Assembly: GCA_046153645.1 (NCBI GenBank)
Contig: JBJXGI010000063.1
Location: 1 to 57,110, forward strand
Source: Elusimicrobiota bacterium
Lineage (GTDB): Bacteria > Elusimicrobiota > Elusimicrobia > F11
DNA: 57,110 nucleotides
Direction of reading: 5' to 3'
The position numbers were made by a program, and so were the translations under genes. The notes below the pieces were generated by a model, which did no database searches, was not told the origin of the DNA, and saw only the letters and a program-made list of their open reading frames with translations. Shown here piece after piece: positions 57,065-57,110 of the stretch (position 1 is the first letter of the stretch; each line of letters opens with the position of its first letter).

Positions 57065-57110
57065 TGTGGCCAGTAGGATTTGAACCTACGACCTTTCGCT
57101 TCGTAGGCGA
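57065..57110 (-). tRNA. tRNA-Arg(ACG), 3' part (cut by the window edge)
   Basis: TCGC-CTACGAA-GCGA, GTAGGTTCAAATCCTAC, TGGCCACA. Confidence 0.85.

Noticed and set aside
1..57110. CRISPR array, rRNA or intact transposase/integrase
   Set aside because: None seen on reading the sequence or in the ORF translations

Overview
A mostly AT-rich bacterial chromosomal segment. The gene content suggests Elusimicrobiota, but that is inference: a giant secreted protein, a PorV plus T9SS-like CTD protein, FlgD-Ig proteins and a shortened sigma-54. From left to right it holds: the 5' part of a very large secreted protein; an ABC-2 exporter; a CHASE2 adenylate cyclase; a reduced Tad pilus cluster; an Omp85 protein; a candidate signal-synthesis and sensing module (HTH-REC regulator, PilZ-GNAT, RaSEA-like radical SAM, 7TM histidine kinase, REC); a PAS hybrid kinase; AsmA; class II ribonucleotide reductase with NrdR boxes; an M23/S8/PorV operon; tRNA-Ser and tRNA-Ala; a GC-richer decayed island at tRNA-Ser(CGA) carrying an AbiE toxin-antitoxin pair, GIDE, LemA and a recombinase remnant; smpB; an FkbH/ACP/acyltransferase cassette; tRNA-Leu; a divergent rpoN with a -24/-12 site; tRNA-Arg(UCU) split by a group I intron with a PD-(D/E)XK homing endonuclease; rdgB and rph; amtB-glnK behind an ANTAR-like attenuator; several housekeeping genes; tmRNA; tadA; and tRNA-Arg(ACG) with an att-like scar. 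The two strongest candidates for new biology are the PilZ-GNAT/radical SAM/7TM kinase circuit (14.4-19.8 kb) and the intron in tRNA-Arg(UCU) (45.1-45.7 kb). All family calls come from motif recognition by eye. No database searches were run.
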